NCBI GenBank assembly: GCA_013265495.1
Contig: MU058540.1
Location: 2,877,696 to 2,941,695, forward strand
Length of the DNA stretch: 64,000 nt
Source of the DNA: Vicugna vicugna
Lineage: Eukaryota
Direction of reading: 5' to 3'
Below the pieces are notes generated by a model. The model saw nothing but the letters and a program-made list of their open reading frames with translations, made no database searches and was not told the origin of the DNA. Below, piece by piece: positions 38,255 to 52,800 of the stretch (positions within the stretch are counted from its first letter, which is position 1; every line of letters starts with the position of its first letter). The translations under genes were made by a program, and so were the position numbers.

Positions 38255-40199
38255 AACTTGTATTTCATTTAACTGCCAAGTGTCCTCAAGTATTATGAAA
38301 GTCAAATAAAGATGAGGTTTACTTCACAAGCATTTATAGAAGCCTCGCTGTGTGCAAGGCCATGGAGAGGACATGGGGAGTTGAATAAGACTGGGTTCCT
38401 GTCCCATTCCCTAAGTTCAATGACAATTTTTTAATGTATGACCCTGGTTCCAAAATAGTTCCTATATTTTCCTCTCCTGCCCTTTCTAATTCTTAATACC
38501 TCCTATCTTCAGATGAAAAGAAAATTTCTCCTCATAGCTTTCTAGAATGCAGACACTCCAGGTAAACACCCAGGTTCGAGAGAATCCTCTCTTAAGGAAG
38601 GGACTTACCTCCTCCTCAGTACACACCCTTCCTCTCACTAAAAATCCCTCCAGCAGGATTTTATATAAACCCCAGCCCAGAAGGAGCAAGTATTCCTTTG
38701 TGCAGCCCCCCTCTTCCCTCCACTCCTGGCAGAGACGCCAAGGAAAACACCCATTAGGGAAGATGACAGCGCTGCTTCTAAAATGGCACTCGAAGCTTCA
38801 ATAGAGGGGAATTCCCTAGAGATTGGTCTCTGCCAGAGAGGAAAATGGAGCTCCCCTGGAAACAGGACAGGGAGGGGGACTCCAAGGGCATCCAGGATCT
38901 CCTAGAGAAGGAAAGGGGGCAAGTGAGCCAGGCTGGGCAGTGATAAATTACCAGGACCAGGGGTAATTAACATATGCACATCACAAACAACTGCAAAATC
39001 TTCAACCCAAGGCGTTACTAAAGATGTTTTATAGCCTTCATTACTTGGGCTAATAACAAAGAAAAAGAAATATGAATACTTGGATTTAAAAAGCCCAAGA
39101 AGCCACCAGGTCCCAATTTACACCCCTATTAATGATGGTCAGAACACAATTGAACTGATGTTTAAAAAAGAAAATCAATTTGGTTGTATTTCGTTCTACA
39201 CAGAATTAGAGAGTTTTCAAGCCAGAAGGGACTTGGAGAGATGAGGTATTAGCAGTGGGAAGCACATGAAGGCACTGCATGAGATCTGATTGCTGTGCAG
39301 GGAAGAAGGGGAGGGTGGGTTAACCCCTCACCACCCATAATCCGGAGCCAAGCCAGCCCTGAACACTTTTCTAGCTCCCTAGAAGGGCCTGTCCCTTCCT
39401 CTGGTCCATTCTGAAGCCTTCTGTCCATACTTGGTCTCCGAGGATGGGAAGGGGCCTCACACTGCTCGCAGTCTGGAGCACAGACCACCAAACACCAGCG
39501 GGCACAGGAATCCCCTGATTAACAAAGCTGCAGAGAAGCCCAAAATCTGAAGTCTGCTTTGTTTTACCAAGTGATTCTGATGCAGAGAACCCTGGAGAAG
39601 TGTTGGGTAGGTGGTAAGTGTGAACTGGGGAGGCTGTGATGTAGAACCGGGAAAGGGCTGAGCAATTAGGGAGGTGAGGGGACTTTGACCCCAGGGCTGG
39701 GGCAGCCTCCAGGGGAAGAATAAGAAAGTACAAATGAGAAATAAGACTGGAAATTAGGGTATTCACCCTCTGAAAAGCTTACTTTTTGCCCCCGGCAACA
39801 AAACCCAGTGGGAAAAGCTCCTGACATATTACAAAAGATGCTCCCAAGAGCTCCTAAAACCCCTAAGACTAAGCCCCAAGAATATCAATTAAGCAGCATT
39901 AATTACATATTATCAGTTCCAATGAGACCCTCAAAGGGGAGGCAGACTTGAAACGTCTTTAAGGACTAAATTAAGCGGCTCCCAGGGGCTGCGCCATACA
40001 CTTATAGAAGTTGAGGTTTATAGGGACAGGTGGACAGCTGTCCAGCCAAACTTCCCTGGGACAAAGACCACTGCAAGTCTGGGACTGAGAATGCAGGTCA
40101 GGCAAGTAAGGTATTCTGTCCTACATCCAATTACAAGGCCAGGAGGCGGTGAGCCTATGTCAAGACATGGGCCTCCTGACCTGCAGGAGGCCTAGACTG

Positions 40200-40690
40200 A
40201 TTTGGAAGTTTGTTCTCTGTGCTGGAGAATCTCCTGCTGCTGCCCGCCACCCCCCACCACTCAGCTCCTGTGTCCTGATCTACACTCCGGGAGGTTGTTT
40301 TCCATCAAACTCCACCACCTGGTTCCCTTGCCCTGTGGGTTCCAGTAGGGTTTGGCCAGCAGGAGGCACTAGCACACGGCAGATGGGACATGAGAGGAGA
40401 GAGGTTGGGGTATTTCTTCCCACCCTGGCCCAGTCTGAGCATCGTGGTTCTGGGAGGGGCTGCCTCCCCCAGGACCACGCTCACCTCTCACTCACACACA
40501 ATAGCACTCTCTTCTCCCTCTGCCCCTTCAAACCTGGGTGGGAACAGCTCCCTGTCATTGCCAGACCTTGGACACTAACTGTCCCTTGTGAGTATCCTCA
40601 AACTTACCCATACCTTTGAAAGAAATCCTTTCAATCTCTTCAGTGAAACCAACTGAGTAGAATTTTCTTTTCTGCTGGGACCCTAATATA
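40200..40690 (+). mobile_element. LTR33-like ERVL solo LTR
   Basis: tgggttccagtagggtttggcc...gagaggagagaggttggggtatttcttccc...ttttctgctgggaccctaata. Confidence 0.65.
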
Positions 40691-41229
40691 TTTTCTCTCA
40701 CACAAACACATTGACACTCATACAATTTCCAACTCAACTGAACATAAAGCAAGCCAACAGTCCCCACCTCCATCCCATTCGTCTCAGACACTGTGTAACA
40801 TTCATGTCACCAGTAAAGTGTGTGACTCCTGCCCATGCAGCCTAGATACCCAAGGTCCGTAACAACCCTCTGGGATGCAGGGTCCCAGCACAGCTGTCCC
40901 ACTTGAGGGCCTCAGTGGGGACTCTCAGGAACCAGGGCTCCCACCACAGCCTCCACTTTGTAGAAAGTGGCCATCTTGGCCCCACCCACACCTGTGCCAG
41001 AGTGAGAGCCCAGCAGGGAAGGGCAACTGCTAGATTAAAACCAGCTCTGAGCTGGCTGGGATAACCCAAAATTGAATGCAAATGTCTGTACACGTCCTCA
41101 TTTTCTGGAGAGAGAAGCCATGATTTTCATCAATTTCTCAGAGGGAAGCATGTCTTCAGAAAGCTTTAAGTACCACTGACTCTAGCTTTGAAGGCAGACC
41201 TTTGGTTTTCCCACATAAAGTAGTAAAGT

Positions 41230-41470
41230 GAAGCAGTTAATAGAGCAATCTGGGGCCATGCTTCCTGTATTCAACGCATGGCTCTGCTATTCACTGGTTG
41301 AGTGACCTTGGCCAAATCCCTTTACCTCTCTGTGCCTCAATTTCCTCTTTGGTAAAATGGGAATGACCATTTATTCACACATTATAGGATTTGGGGGGCA
41401 TATATGATTTAGTATACGTAACACACTTAGAAGAGAGCCTGGGATATAAAACATGTTCTGTAAATTTAAG
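41230..41470 (+). mobile_element. MIR
   Basis: gtgaccttggccaaatccctttacctctctgtgcctcaatttcctc...gtaaaatgggaatga core. Confidence 0.85.
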
Positions 41471-42890
41471 ATTCCACACTTAGTTATTTATAAATCCCAA
41501 ACCCTGGCTCAGCCACCCAAGAAGTGTGTATCTCCCAAGTCCCTGAACTCAGCCCTGTCTCTGAGATGCTCCTGGCCCTAACCACTAATATTCCCTACTC
41601 ATCTTCCATGCCTGAGGAGGTTTCTGTCCTCCATCTAAAGGGGTCCTTTGTACTTGAGTCCCCTAGAGTTCCCAGTTCTGTGTGGTCTATCTCCAGACAT
41701 CTTCCACATACAGGGAAAGGCTCAGGGGAAAATGTAGGACTAGCCCTTTGTTCTTACAAACCAGCTGCTCCATTAACATCCAGGCTCTGCCCTCCCCAGG
41801 GGCTCCCCTCAACACCCAGCAATGCCCCAGGCCTTAGTTAGAAAAAAGGCAGGAGAATGTATAAAGTTTACTTAGAGACCTGGGCCTAGAGAAGAAAATT
41901 CACTCTGGCCACTGGCAGGGAAAGGGAAAGCAGGAGGAGCCCTTGGGTAAGGGAGCTGCTACTGAGAGTGGAGAGGAGGGGGGCCCTTGGCCAGCTCATC
42001 CTCAACTCAGACACACTGACCTTCTGGCTTGGAGTTGCAGAACAAGGCAGCCTGGGAAGAGGCTCTCTGTTGCTTCCAGATTTCTAAAATCTGGGCCCCT
42101 CTTTTTCCTCACAGCCCATTTGCTGGGGGCAGTGAAAGCAAGCAGCTTAGGGGTTTCTCCCAACATTCCAGTCAACTCCCCCCAGATGCCCATGGCTGGG
42201 AGCCACTAGGGGCTGGAGCCAGGGAGGTGTACATGGGTAGCCAGGCCAGTGGCCCAGGACCCACTCTGACCAGGGTTCTGTTACTTATTATCTATGTGAG
42301 ACAACCTGGATAACCCCTCAGTGGGTGCATTTCCTCATCACTGAAACACAGCAAATCCTTCCTTCTCCCGGGGAAGGATAGAAGGGAATGCGCATGAAGG
42401 GCTGCATGGAGCATCTGCTGCAGAGTACGTCTTCAATACGAGTAACAACCCTCTGTAGCCCTACTGCGTGCCATGCACTGCTTTTCCCACTTACTAACTC
42501 AATGTTCATAATAATCTTATGAGGCAGTACTATTATTATTTCATTTATAGATAAGTAAACTGAGACAAGGCTCAGAGAGATTAAGTGCCTTGCCCAAAGT
42601 CTTACAGCTAATGAGTCATAGGATCAGAGTTCAAACCCAGGCAGTCTGGCTCCAAATCAGGAGTTGATCTAGTCAATAACCGATAAGAGGTTAAAACTGT
42701 GAATGAGGCTAGCACTATGTCCCATCCAGTCTTTACCTCAGTCCAACTTCTGAACTTCTTCAGTGTTTACTGTCCTTTCTACCTTGTTAACTCTTCCTGT
42801 GGGGCTGGGTGGTTCTACAGGTCAGGTGGCACAGGTGAGTGCCCCCGACCTATACCTCTGCTCAACCCCCACCCCACCTCCAACCCCTAA

Positions 42891-42936
42891 ACACACACAA
42901 ATACACACACACACATATGTAGACACACACACACAC
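42891..42936. repeat. Imperfect (CA)n microsatellite
   Basis: acacacacaaatacacacacacacatatgtagacacacacacacac read directly. Confidence 0.8.
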
Positions 42937-45169
42937 AGTCCTGGCCCTCCCTGTGATTTCCATAAATATTCGTTGATTAACAAGTTGACTTAGAACTGAA
43001 GATTTTAGGGCCAAAAGGAACCCAATCCTCTCAACCAATGAGAAAAGAGAGATGGGGAAGCGGAAGGAGTGCTCTGACAGAGGTCACATAACTGATTAGG
43101 AAAAGGGTTGTGACAAGATCCCAGGTTAGGTGGGGCTCAGGCTCTGAGCAGTGCACTCTTCTCCCAGAAACCTGTCAACACCCCCCTCTCTCAGTTTTCT
43201 CCCTTCCATCGAATCCTCCTCCTTCTTCTGCTTTATATCGTGACTTCTCATTTTCAAAACCTTTCCACACATCCATAATCTCATTTAACCCCCAATTGAC
43301 CCCACGGAGATGATTTTATTATCATCCCCATCTTACAGATGAAGAACGGAGCTCCAGGAGGCTGGAAGGGAGGGCCAGGGCTCCCAGGAGTGACGGGGCA
43401 CTACGTCCTGTGGTGCTCACCACAGTCCCCTGCCTCAGTAATGAGTGGGTGGCTCTGCAAGCCTGAACAATCAACAATCTTAATGGCCCCTGATTTAAGC
43501 AGCTCTTGTCTTTTTACAAATTACAGCTGGATGAAGTTTCGGAGCCCTCCCCCCAGCTGCAAAGCCCCCAGTAGCTGTGTTGGCCAGGACAGAAGGAGGC
43601 TGGAGCTGACAGACTGCTCTCTACCTCAAAGCTGCCCACCTTTCCCCAACCAGAGCTCCCCTATAATTTTCATATATTATTGATGGCTTCTTAATTGGGG
43701 ATTCTAAAAGTCTTGCTGCAGAGCCCAGCCCCTGGCCCCTCATGAATCATGTTCACTGGGATTAAAATTAAAGGCCAGAAAGCTATCTGACTTAAATAGA
43801 AATAAGAAAAGGGAACGTGCTTGGCTCTGGGAATAGGGGCCTGGGTGGGTGCCCAGGGCTGGGGAGAAAGGCCAGATGTCTGGGCATCAGGAAAGACGGT
43901 CTGGGTTGTAGGAAGGGGCACAGAGGACCTGGCCCTATGCCAGGTCCACCACCATCTTGGGGCCAGGAAATTTCTCTCCAGTTCTCTCACAGGAGGGGTC
44001 CAGGATTCTGTGGCCATCCACTCCGTGTAGAGTGAGAAAAACCAGGTCCAGAGAAAGCAAGGGGCTTACATAAAGTCACACAGAATAAACCATGACTTCT
44101 GTGGACTAGTGGCCTCCAAGACCACTTTCTGTTTTGTTAAGGCCTCTAGGTGAGGAAGGGCAGAGGTGGAGATGGGGGACATGAGGCTGTGACGGCCTTT
44201 CCAGTGCTCAGGCCTGGACAGAGAAGGCTCCTGCCCTGGCCCCAGACACCAGCAGTGGCCTGTGAAATTTTACCAAGCTTATAATAAAAACTTCCTGCCA
44301 AAAAGCTTAGTTCCTAATTAGCCATTGTTCCAGATAATCTGTTAAATTGTCCCAGCTCCTGGGGGAACAGCCCTTTTACCAATAAGCCTGGCTGCCAAGC
44401 TGCTGGCAAAACGTTCTCCACTGGCTCGAGCCTCTGGTGCTGCCTAGGTGGCTGAGCCTCGGGTCCAGCTGCAGCACTTCAGGAAGGGGAAGGCCTGAGA
44501 AAGCCTGTGCTTATCCCCCAGCACACCCCACAGGGTCCAGGGTCCTTGTCAAATGGCATTAGGATGTCTAAAATCATACATCAGTGGTTCCTTCTTCCAG
44601 GTAAGGCAATGGTTTCTCACTTAGGGCTTCTTACAAGAAGAACCATTATTGAGCATTTTCTATGTGCCAGTCACGTTCCATGAATTAGCTCCTTTAATCC
44701 TCACAGCAGGCTTGTGAGCCTAAGCACTTGCCCAAGAGCCCCAGCTGGGAAGGTGGTGGCCTGGATTTGGACCCAGTTGCATCGACTTTGGAGCTCATGC
44801 TCTCAACAGTTCAGCTGCAGTGTAAAGTGTGACTGTACCAAAGAGTAAATAGATTTATCAGCTACCAATGGACCCAGCCCAGAACCTCAGGATTTACTAG
44901 AAAAGCAGGCTCTTTTCTTCAAATGAAATCTTAGGCTCCTGTCTAATGCATCACACAGAATAAGCACTTTTGGTTGAATGGGGGAAGGGGTGGCAGGAGA
45001 CACACACAAATTCACATATCAAACCCTGGTGCTAGAAAAGCCCATTTTGAAAGTCAGAGGCCTGGGAAGAAGAGAGGAGCAGGGACTCAGACTCAGAAGA
45101 CCACATCACATCTCAGCTCTGCCATTTCTAGCAGCCGCTGGGTGAAGCAAGGGTTGTCTTCCTGCTTCT

Positions 45170-45790
45170 GACCTTTCCCCTGCCATCCACGCTGCACATC
45201 AGGGCCAGAGCTGTCCTTCTGAAACATAAACCAGCCTACGTCAGTCCCCTGCTCAAAACCCTCAGATAGCCTCCCACCACACTCAGAGCAGTGTCTGAAC
45301 TCCTATATGACCTATAAAGCCCAACAGGATCCGTCCCTGCAACCTCTGTGACCAACCATATGGCCCACTGTCTTTATTATCCACACCACTCAAATTATAC
45401 TGGCCTTCTTTTTGTCCTTTGAGTGCAGTGAGCTTGTTCCTACCTCAGGGCCTCTGCACCTGCTGTTCCTCTGCCTGGAACCCACCCACCCTGAGACTTA
45501 CCCATGGCACTACTCAGAGTTCAACTCCAGTGTCATCAGCCCCTCAGCTGGGCCTCCCTCAATGCCTTCCCTAACTAAAGCAGCTCCCTTCTCCCCGGTC
45601 ACTTGTTATCTCATTGCACTGTTTTATCTTTTTCACAGCACTTATCGATCAGTATGTGAAATGATCCAACTTCTTTGCTGATTACACTAAGCCTCTCCAG
45701 AGCAGGGACTCTGCTGTCTTGTTCTCCACTATGTGCCTGATCAGTGTATGGTATACAGTAGGTGCTCCATAAACGCCTGCTCCCTGACTG
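45170..45790 (+). mobile_element. L2 3' fragment
   Basis: ccctgctcaaaaccctcag...cctacctcagggcctctgcacctgctgttcc...gagcagggactctgctgtcttgttc...agtaggtgctccataaa. Confidence 0.8.
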
Positions 45791-47631
45791 CTGACTCTGG
45801 AAACCATAATTCAATCTAAGACCATGTACTCCCAACAGGGCTCCGAATGAGGCGGCACCTCCCCTCCTGAGCTGATCTCTCCTCTCTCTCCAGCAAACCC
45901 TGGGTCTCAGTCAGAGTGAGTCACAAACACTCATTGGCATGCAGGCCAGTCCCACCGCCAGGCTTTTCTCATGTCAGGCCCCATTCCTAGAATGCCTTTC
46001 CTTCCTCCCAGCATCCTTCAGTTCCCAGTATGGTGCCACCTTCCCCTGGAAGCCTCCCCAGCCCTCCTGGATTTTTCCCTGCTGTAAAGTGCTGAGAATT
46101 TGTGTCTAAACCACTTGAGAGGCTCTCAGACTAGCTATAGCCTGGAACTTGGGATCTCAGAAACGATCTGTTCCAACAAGAAGATGAAGAAAATGAGGCT
46201 TTTAAATCCTTTTATGCATGTGTCTAGTCTCCCCAGCTCCCTGTAAGGTCTCTGAGGGAAGAGACCTCCCTGCTAAAGCTTGCACCCTGCAGGATATCAT
46301 AGTGTCTTTCTCAAGTTACTTCCTTCTCTTGGCCTCCACATTGCTATCTATAGAATGGGTTGCTTGAGGGAAAGTTTACAAACTGCCTGGTACATTGCCT
46401 AGAGTCCATGTATGATCTATTAACAAGAGCTACATTTTAGCAAATGCCTACCTGGCTCCTCCCACTTATCCTGTGGTATCTTGAATCCTTAGACAAGTCA
46501 GCAGGTAAGTATTGCTAGTTGCCTATTTTACACTTGAGGAATCTTAGGTTCAGAGAGGATAAGTGTCTAGTACAAGGCTATACAGCGCTAAGTACCAGAG
46601 TCCTGACACAAATTCAGGTCTGTCTAACTCCTAAACCTCCCCATGACCCCACCCCTCCTCTGTGGTTCAATAGGGAGAGAACCCTAGTTTCCTAGCTGTG
46701 TCTCCTGGGGTAAGTTCCATCACCTCTCTGAGGTCTGGGGATAATCTGTACCTGCCTGCAAAGTTGTTATAAGGATTAGGGACGGTGAGTATGAGATGCC
46801 GGGCACACAGCAGGCACGTGGTAAAGGATGCCTATTGTTACACAGCAGATTTTCCGTGTATCTTGGCTGATTCTTTATGAGTAGCTCAGACAGAGTTATC
46901 GGGGAGCAATCTTGGCTGCTGGGATACGGGTGTCTGGAGGACTCAGAAAGAGCTGAAGGTGGATCAGGTCGGATAAAGGCATGGGTACAGTGGATTTTCT
47001 CTGGAGCAACAGAGTGAGGGTGGGCACACCAGATGGGGGCTCTGAGTGTTTGGATGCAGAGAGAGGGGCAGAGCCAAGAAGAACTTCTTCCCTAAGAAGG
47101 CAGGTAACAAGCCCTGAGGTAGGGTGGGAAAATTGGAGTCAAACAGCTTGGGTTTTGTTCTTTTGTCTATAAATACATTATTTTAAATTATTTTTTAATG
47201 AGTTTCATCCATCCTAGGAGTGGGAATTACATTCGAAAGACCCTAATTAGGAGGACTTACCTCAAATACATTATTTCCTGGGCACTGGAGAGCTTTATTA
47301 ACAGAAGAATGTTAGCAATGATTTTTCACAGACAACAGGAAGATGCAGAGAGACACCTGGATGGTCAGAAGTGCTATACAAGCACTCAGACTCTTGCACA
47401 AGCAGGGCAGGAGAATCTGCAGAGACCAGTGACCTCACGCCTTGGGAGCGGACCTGGGCTTCTGATACCCCCAGGTTCTCCCACAAGTGGAGGCTGGTGT
47501 GGCTGAATTCTCCCCAGTTCCAGAACATCATCCCTTGGCCTGCCTCCAGAAGGCTTTCAGGCAAGAGGCAGGTTCTGGGATCTCAATGAGTTTGTAAGGA
47601 CAGGTATGTGACTGGGGGCCACTTGTTAATA

Positions 47632-47716
47632 TTAGGTTAGAGTCTAACTTTATCTTTCAGGCCATATGAAATTGCCAACATTTTCAAATTGCTAATCCAT
47701 ACGGTTCGACCTAACA
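47632..47716. mobile_element. MADE2-like mariner-derived MITE (degenerate)
   Basis: ttaggtt...ccatatgaaattgcca...catacggttcgacctaa inverted-end remnants. Confidence 0.55.
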
Positions 47717-49289
47717 CATGGGTGCATGTGGTAGAAATCAGCCTGAGTGCTGCTTTCATGGTTGTACAGGCCCTGGTCTCGAGGTTGAGTGGAAGCAGAG
47801 ATGTGCTTGCACCCACCCCTGATTGTGGGAGGCTGCAGGAATCTGCCCCCAAAGGCCCGACAACTGTGGACAGCCTACTGGGGTTAGGTGGCTTCATAAC
47901 AGGTTTGAATCCCAGCTCCACACTGATTAACTGCATGGTCATGTACAAACCGCTTCAACTCTCCCCACCTAAGCTCCTATCTAGATCTGGGCCAATAATA
48001 TCCCCTCACAGTGGCTGCAGCACTAGGGATGAGCCAGCAGAGCACACAGCAGGGGCTGAATCCATAGTAGTTCATTTCTTATGGCCATTTCTAGGGTACC
48101 CTGTTTGGGAGAGGCTCTAACACCAGGCAAAGAAGTCGATGTTTTGTCTCAGGGCCTTGAGAAATGGGTAAATTCTTGAGCTGTGATTTTGAAAGCCACT
48201 GGAACCCGGAAAGAGCTGTTTTCTTTTCAGGAGGAGCTAAAAAGGATACTCTGGGGGTGAGTGTGGGGGTGATCTTCTGGGCCAGAACCAGTAAAGATGA
48301 CTGGGGTCTGGAAGGGGGCAGAAGCTACCACCAGAAAGGCATGGCTTCATGGGCAGACAGAGAGGAGATGGCCCAGACAAACACCAGCAGGGGACAAAGG
48401 CACCAGAGGCCGGGAGTGGGGCCCCTGCATCGTCCGTAGCCACCATCCTGGCGGCCGTTTGCCACACTGCAGTGCTCTGCTTGGGCACCACACAATGATG
48501 GCATCCTTGTGTCCAGCCTTTCCTGAAAGAGCCCTTCCTGATGAGGGACACCTCACACACAGGGTTGAAATGATTCTCTTCAAATCCCTTTCCCCCAAGA
48601 AGCCCTCACTCCTTGGAACTAATCAGGTCCTGCAGCCCCAGGCTGAGGAAAGCACTTGGGTTTCACAGGAAGCTGGAGTATTCAAGAATGTTGGCTGTCT
48701 CTCCTGGGCTCCTGGTGTGGGCAGGGTCGGTTTAGTTCACTGGGGTCTCCAAGTGTGGTCGTTCCCACAGTGAAGGAGCCACCTGGGTGACCAAGCTGGG
48801 AAATGGCACATTACAGTTTTTATTTCCAGGTATTTCACAAGTGTTATCCTTCTAAGAAGGTCTCATAACCTCATTTTACAGATGAGTAAGCTGAGACTTG
48901 GAGAGAAGATAAAATACCTCACTCAGGCCACATAGTAAATCTCAGAGCTGGGATGGAAATCCAGGGTTATGGACACTGAGTTCAGTCAGTTGAGTATTAT
49001 TCATGACTTCCTTAGGGACCAGATCCAGAAATACGAGATGGGTTATAGCAAAGTTATGTAGATCTTAGGCAGCTAAACAGCATTCCTCAAAGGTCAACTA
49101 GAGAACTGAGGTCAACATGGGAAAAGGTCTCTAGTGGAGGATCACAGCACTCCATCCTATTCAACCCCTTTTCACTCGTATGGACAACAACTGCAGCTGA
49201 CCCAAGACTAGGAGGCAAAACCAAGATGCTAAGTGCGCAGCCATCACACAACATGATCGTCACAGACCATAACAGTAGATTGAATCTAC

Positions 49290-49850
49290 CAAATGACATA
49301 TAACAGATAAATGTAAAATCTCACATCTAGGTTCAAAAACTCAATTGCCAAATCTGAGCTGGAGGAATACTGTTTGGATAGCAGATCATTTGAGAAAGAC
49401 ACAGGAGTCCCTGAACTCAATACGAAGCAAGCAGAAGACACATGCCAAAAAGGCCAGTGGAATTCTAGGTAACATCGAGATGTATAAACCTCAGAAAAAG
49501 ACACACAGAATGCAAAGACCAAGGGAGGAATGTGATCATATAGTTCAAGCCTGGGTGAGGAGGGAGCCAGCCCAGGATGCTCTGGACAGAAGGGGACGGC
49601 ACAGGACACACACTTTGGGAAGAACATCGACAAACAGACATTTGTTCTAGGGAGTGTGCCAGATTGGAAGGGACAAGAGACAGTGATATTAAGAGGGAGG
49701 GACTCCTGATAGAAATGATCACATCTAGGTTTGCCCCAGAGGGGACTAACAGGGCACCATGAGCTGTCCTCACTGATAGAAAGAGCGTGTGGAAGAAAAA
49801 GTCATCTTACTTTGCATACCTAAGGAGGGCAGAATAAGGAACAAGCGGAA
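49290..49850 (+). mobile_element. CR1/L3 LINE relic
   Basis: tttggatagcagatcatttgagaaagac...ccaaaaaggccagtggaattctagg...atctaggtttgcccc...gagggcagaataagga. Confidence 0.55.
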
Positions 49851-52800
49851 TTTTGCCCTTTATATATAATTATATTATACTTCTGACATCATATTCTAGA
49901 AACTATTTTCATATTAACCTCTCTGTGCTTCAATTTCCTCCTTTGTTAAATGGGGCCAATAATAGTAATAATAACAATAACAATGCTGCTGCTGCTGTTC
50001 CCTCCTTCAAAGCATTGTGAGGATCAAATGAGGTACTACATGTAAATGCTTAGAACAGCGCCTGGTACATCCCTATTGCGTAAGTGTTTGCTATTAGCAT
50101 TCCTATTGCTGTCATTGTTATTATTGTTACCTCCCTGAATTGAAAGTGAGCTCTGGCTCTAGACAGTGTCTGGTCCCTCTTTGTGTTCCCAGCATTCATC
50201 CCCTAGCATACAGAGGTGCCCAACACATGCTCATTAAGTCAAAGTTATATGGAGGCTCATAACAAGGTGCTCCAAGGAAGATCACTGCGGATATTTAGAG
50301 ATGAACTGTCATTCCCAGCTGGTGGTAAAATGTTCAACAGGCTGAGGTTGCTCAAAAATAGACTGAGTGCTCAGGCAGGGACGTGTGGTAATGTGGGTCA
50401 ATCAGCAGGACACCGAAGATTCCATGATACCCATCTCCTCCATTCCAAGGGGCCCTTGGCCAGGATAGTCGCTTGGCAAGGGACGGGGAGGGTTCACCCT
50501 GCTATACTTTTCAAATGGGAACCAAGCAAGGCTCCCTTTTCTCAGTGACAGCACTCCTGGGACCCTTCCTACTTAGCCACCCTGCCTTTTCCAGGACATG
50601 CAGGATGCCCTGGCAAGACTTGATGCAAATAGTGCTCAATTTCCTGGGCTAAAATTACATTTTCTTGAGTCAATTTTCATAAAATGCAGTGACAGATTTA
50701 GGTGCTGGGAAGATGGAGCTTTCTCAGAAGGCATTAAAATGACCCATACGGTTAAAATCAGCTGAAACCCAGCAGCCAGGGACCGAGAAAGCAGCTTTCA
50801 TCCTTCAGTGGCCTTGTGCAAACCAGAGGTCAGGACCCTGCCTGGAGAAACTGCTGTGCCTGTGCCTGACTCCCTCTGGTCATGGGATGACTATCTCTCA
50901 GCCAAGATTCCACTAACAGAGAGATGTTTTGCAATGCACTAGCAGGTGGAGCCATGAGAATGTTCATGTTCCCTAGGAAAAGCAGTCTTCCATCCCAGGG
51001 GCAGTTTCATAGAAATGGACTTGGATTATTCTTTAAACTCTCCATTCCTGATACTTTCCTCTACGAGTCACACAAAAAAATCAGGCAAAGAAGTAGGGCC
51101 TTGATGTGTTTGAGGGCATCTTCCCTTCCGCAGAAATAGCTTGAAACCTGTGTCCCGGGGGTAGTCCATGAGACAGTGCTTTGCTACCATCACCCCTGAA
51201 GACTGGGCATGGTGCTGATGGACCCTTGTAAACAGGGTCAGTCTCCTGTCTGAGATGCTGAGTCTATGACCCCAGCAGTCCTCAGTCTGACAGTTGTGGG
51301 CTCCGTTGAGTTGCCTCTTCCTGTACCTTCCCAGCCTCACCCACTGAACCCCAGCCTCCCTCATCTGCTCGCTGTCTGTTCTGGATGGTCACTGTTTGCC
51401 TCTCTGGATCCACTCCTGGCCCTTCCCCACCTTACTCTGCCCGGAAGGCCAACAGTGTGGACTGGATCAACAGCCCTTTGCCCGGGTTCCTCCAGTAGGC
51501 TTCCACCAATGGGAGGTGAAGGCGGAGAGCAGAGAGTGAGAAGAGAGTGAAGTTGCCTGGGCTGACCACGTCCCTTCACTAAGGGCCCCTGCTCCTGCAG
51601 GGAAGCCCCTGTGGGGTTTCAGAAACCATGCCCTCCCCTTACCTCCTCAGGCCTGTAGTCTCACCATCACCGGTCCCCGTGATCCACCACCCATCATTGG
51701 CTTTCCCTGCACCCTGCCTACTCCTTTATAAATAACCCCTTATTATGTCCCTCAACTACCTAGGACCTGGACTGGCTTGCTCATTCCTGCCCACCTCCAT
51801 CCCTTTGCTTTCACCACCATCTTTGCTGCTAGGCCCTGTGCCACGTCCCCCAGCTTTACTGAAACCCAGCTCAAATCAGCTCCTCCAGGTGTATGCTCCC
51901 ATGGCACTGGGGTCCAGTGCCCTGATTCCAATACCTGAAGCCAGTCCTGCCCCTCCCTATAGAACAGGGAGGTTGAACCAGCTGATCTCTGAAGTTTCTT
52001 CCAACCCACATTCTCCTTTGCTCCCCATCGTGTGCCCCTTAGCCAAATGGCTTGTGTTTAGGTTCAAATTTCATTTAAAAATCCAATGAGCTACCAAGTG
52101 CTTCAGCCAAAATGACATCCTGGTTGTAACTTTCTCTCCTCTGAACTCCCATTCTACCCTCATCAACACCTCTCACCATGTCCTCTGTTAGCATTATTCA
52201 TGCAAGAGAATCTCCCCTTTCAGGCTGCAAACTCCCTAGTTCCATCTTGTATTTTTGGTGAAACTCTTTTCTTTTGGCAAAGCTCCCTCCTCCACCCCCC
52301 TGCCCTGGCACCTCATAAATGTTTTTACTGTTGCAAATATTGACTGAAACGGAGGAGTGACCCGTAAGACTCGAACACCCTGGAAGACACTGTACAATGA
52401 TATTTACCAAATAATGACTCTGCAGCAGGCACATTACATCCATCATCTTGCTCTGCCCTCACCACAGGCCTACAAGGTAGGTGTTACCCCTGTATTACAT
52501 GTGTGGAAACACAGAGGTGAGGAAACTGGCTCCAGAAAGGGCTGGAGCCAGGAGTGAAAGCTCAAGAGTATTTGCCTCCAAGGCCTCTCACCTTTCCTGT
52601 GCTCCACCCCACAGTGTGTGTAACAACAGATGCAACAACTAGGGACCCTGACCCAAATGCAGACATGTCTCATTACAGAATGTAATTAAGGGTTTGCAGA
52701 GCAGCGCCTTCCTGAAGAGACCCTTTAGATTTTCCTGAATGAATCACGAAGACATTAGCACATTCTTGCTCTCTGTGAAGCTGGGCCAAAAGGCCTCAAA

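Noticed and set aside
51200..51218. REST/RE1-like sequence (minus strand TCAGCACCATGCCCAG)
   Set aside because: The GGACAG right half is mismatched; only a half-site.
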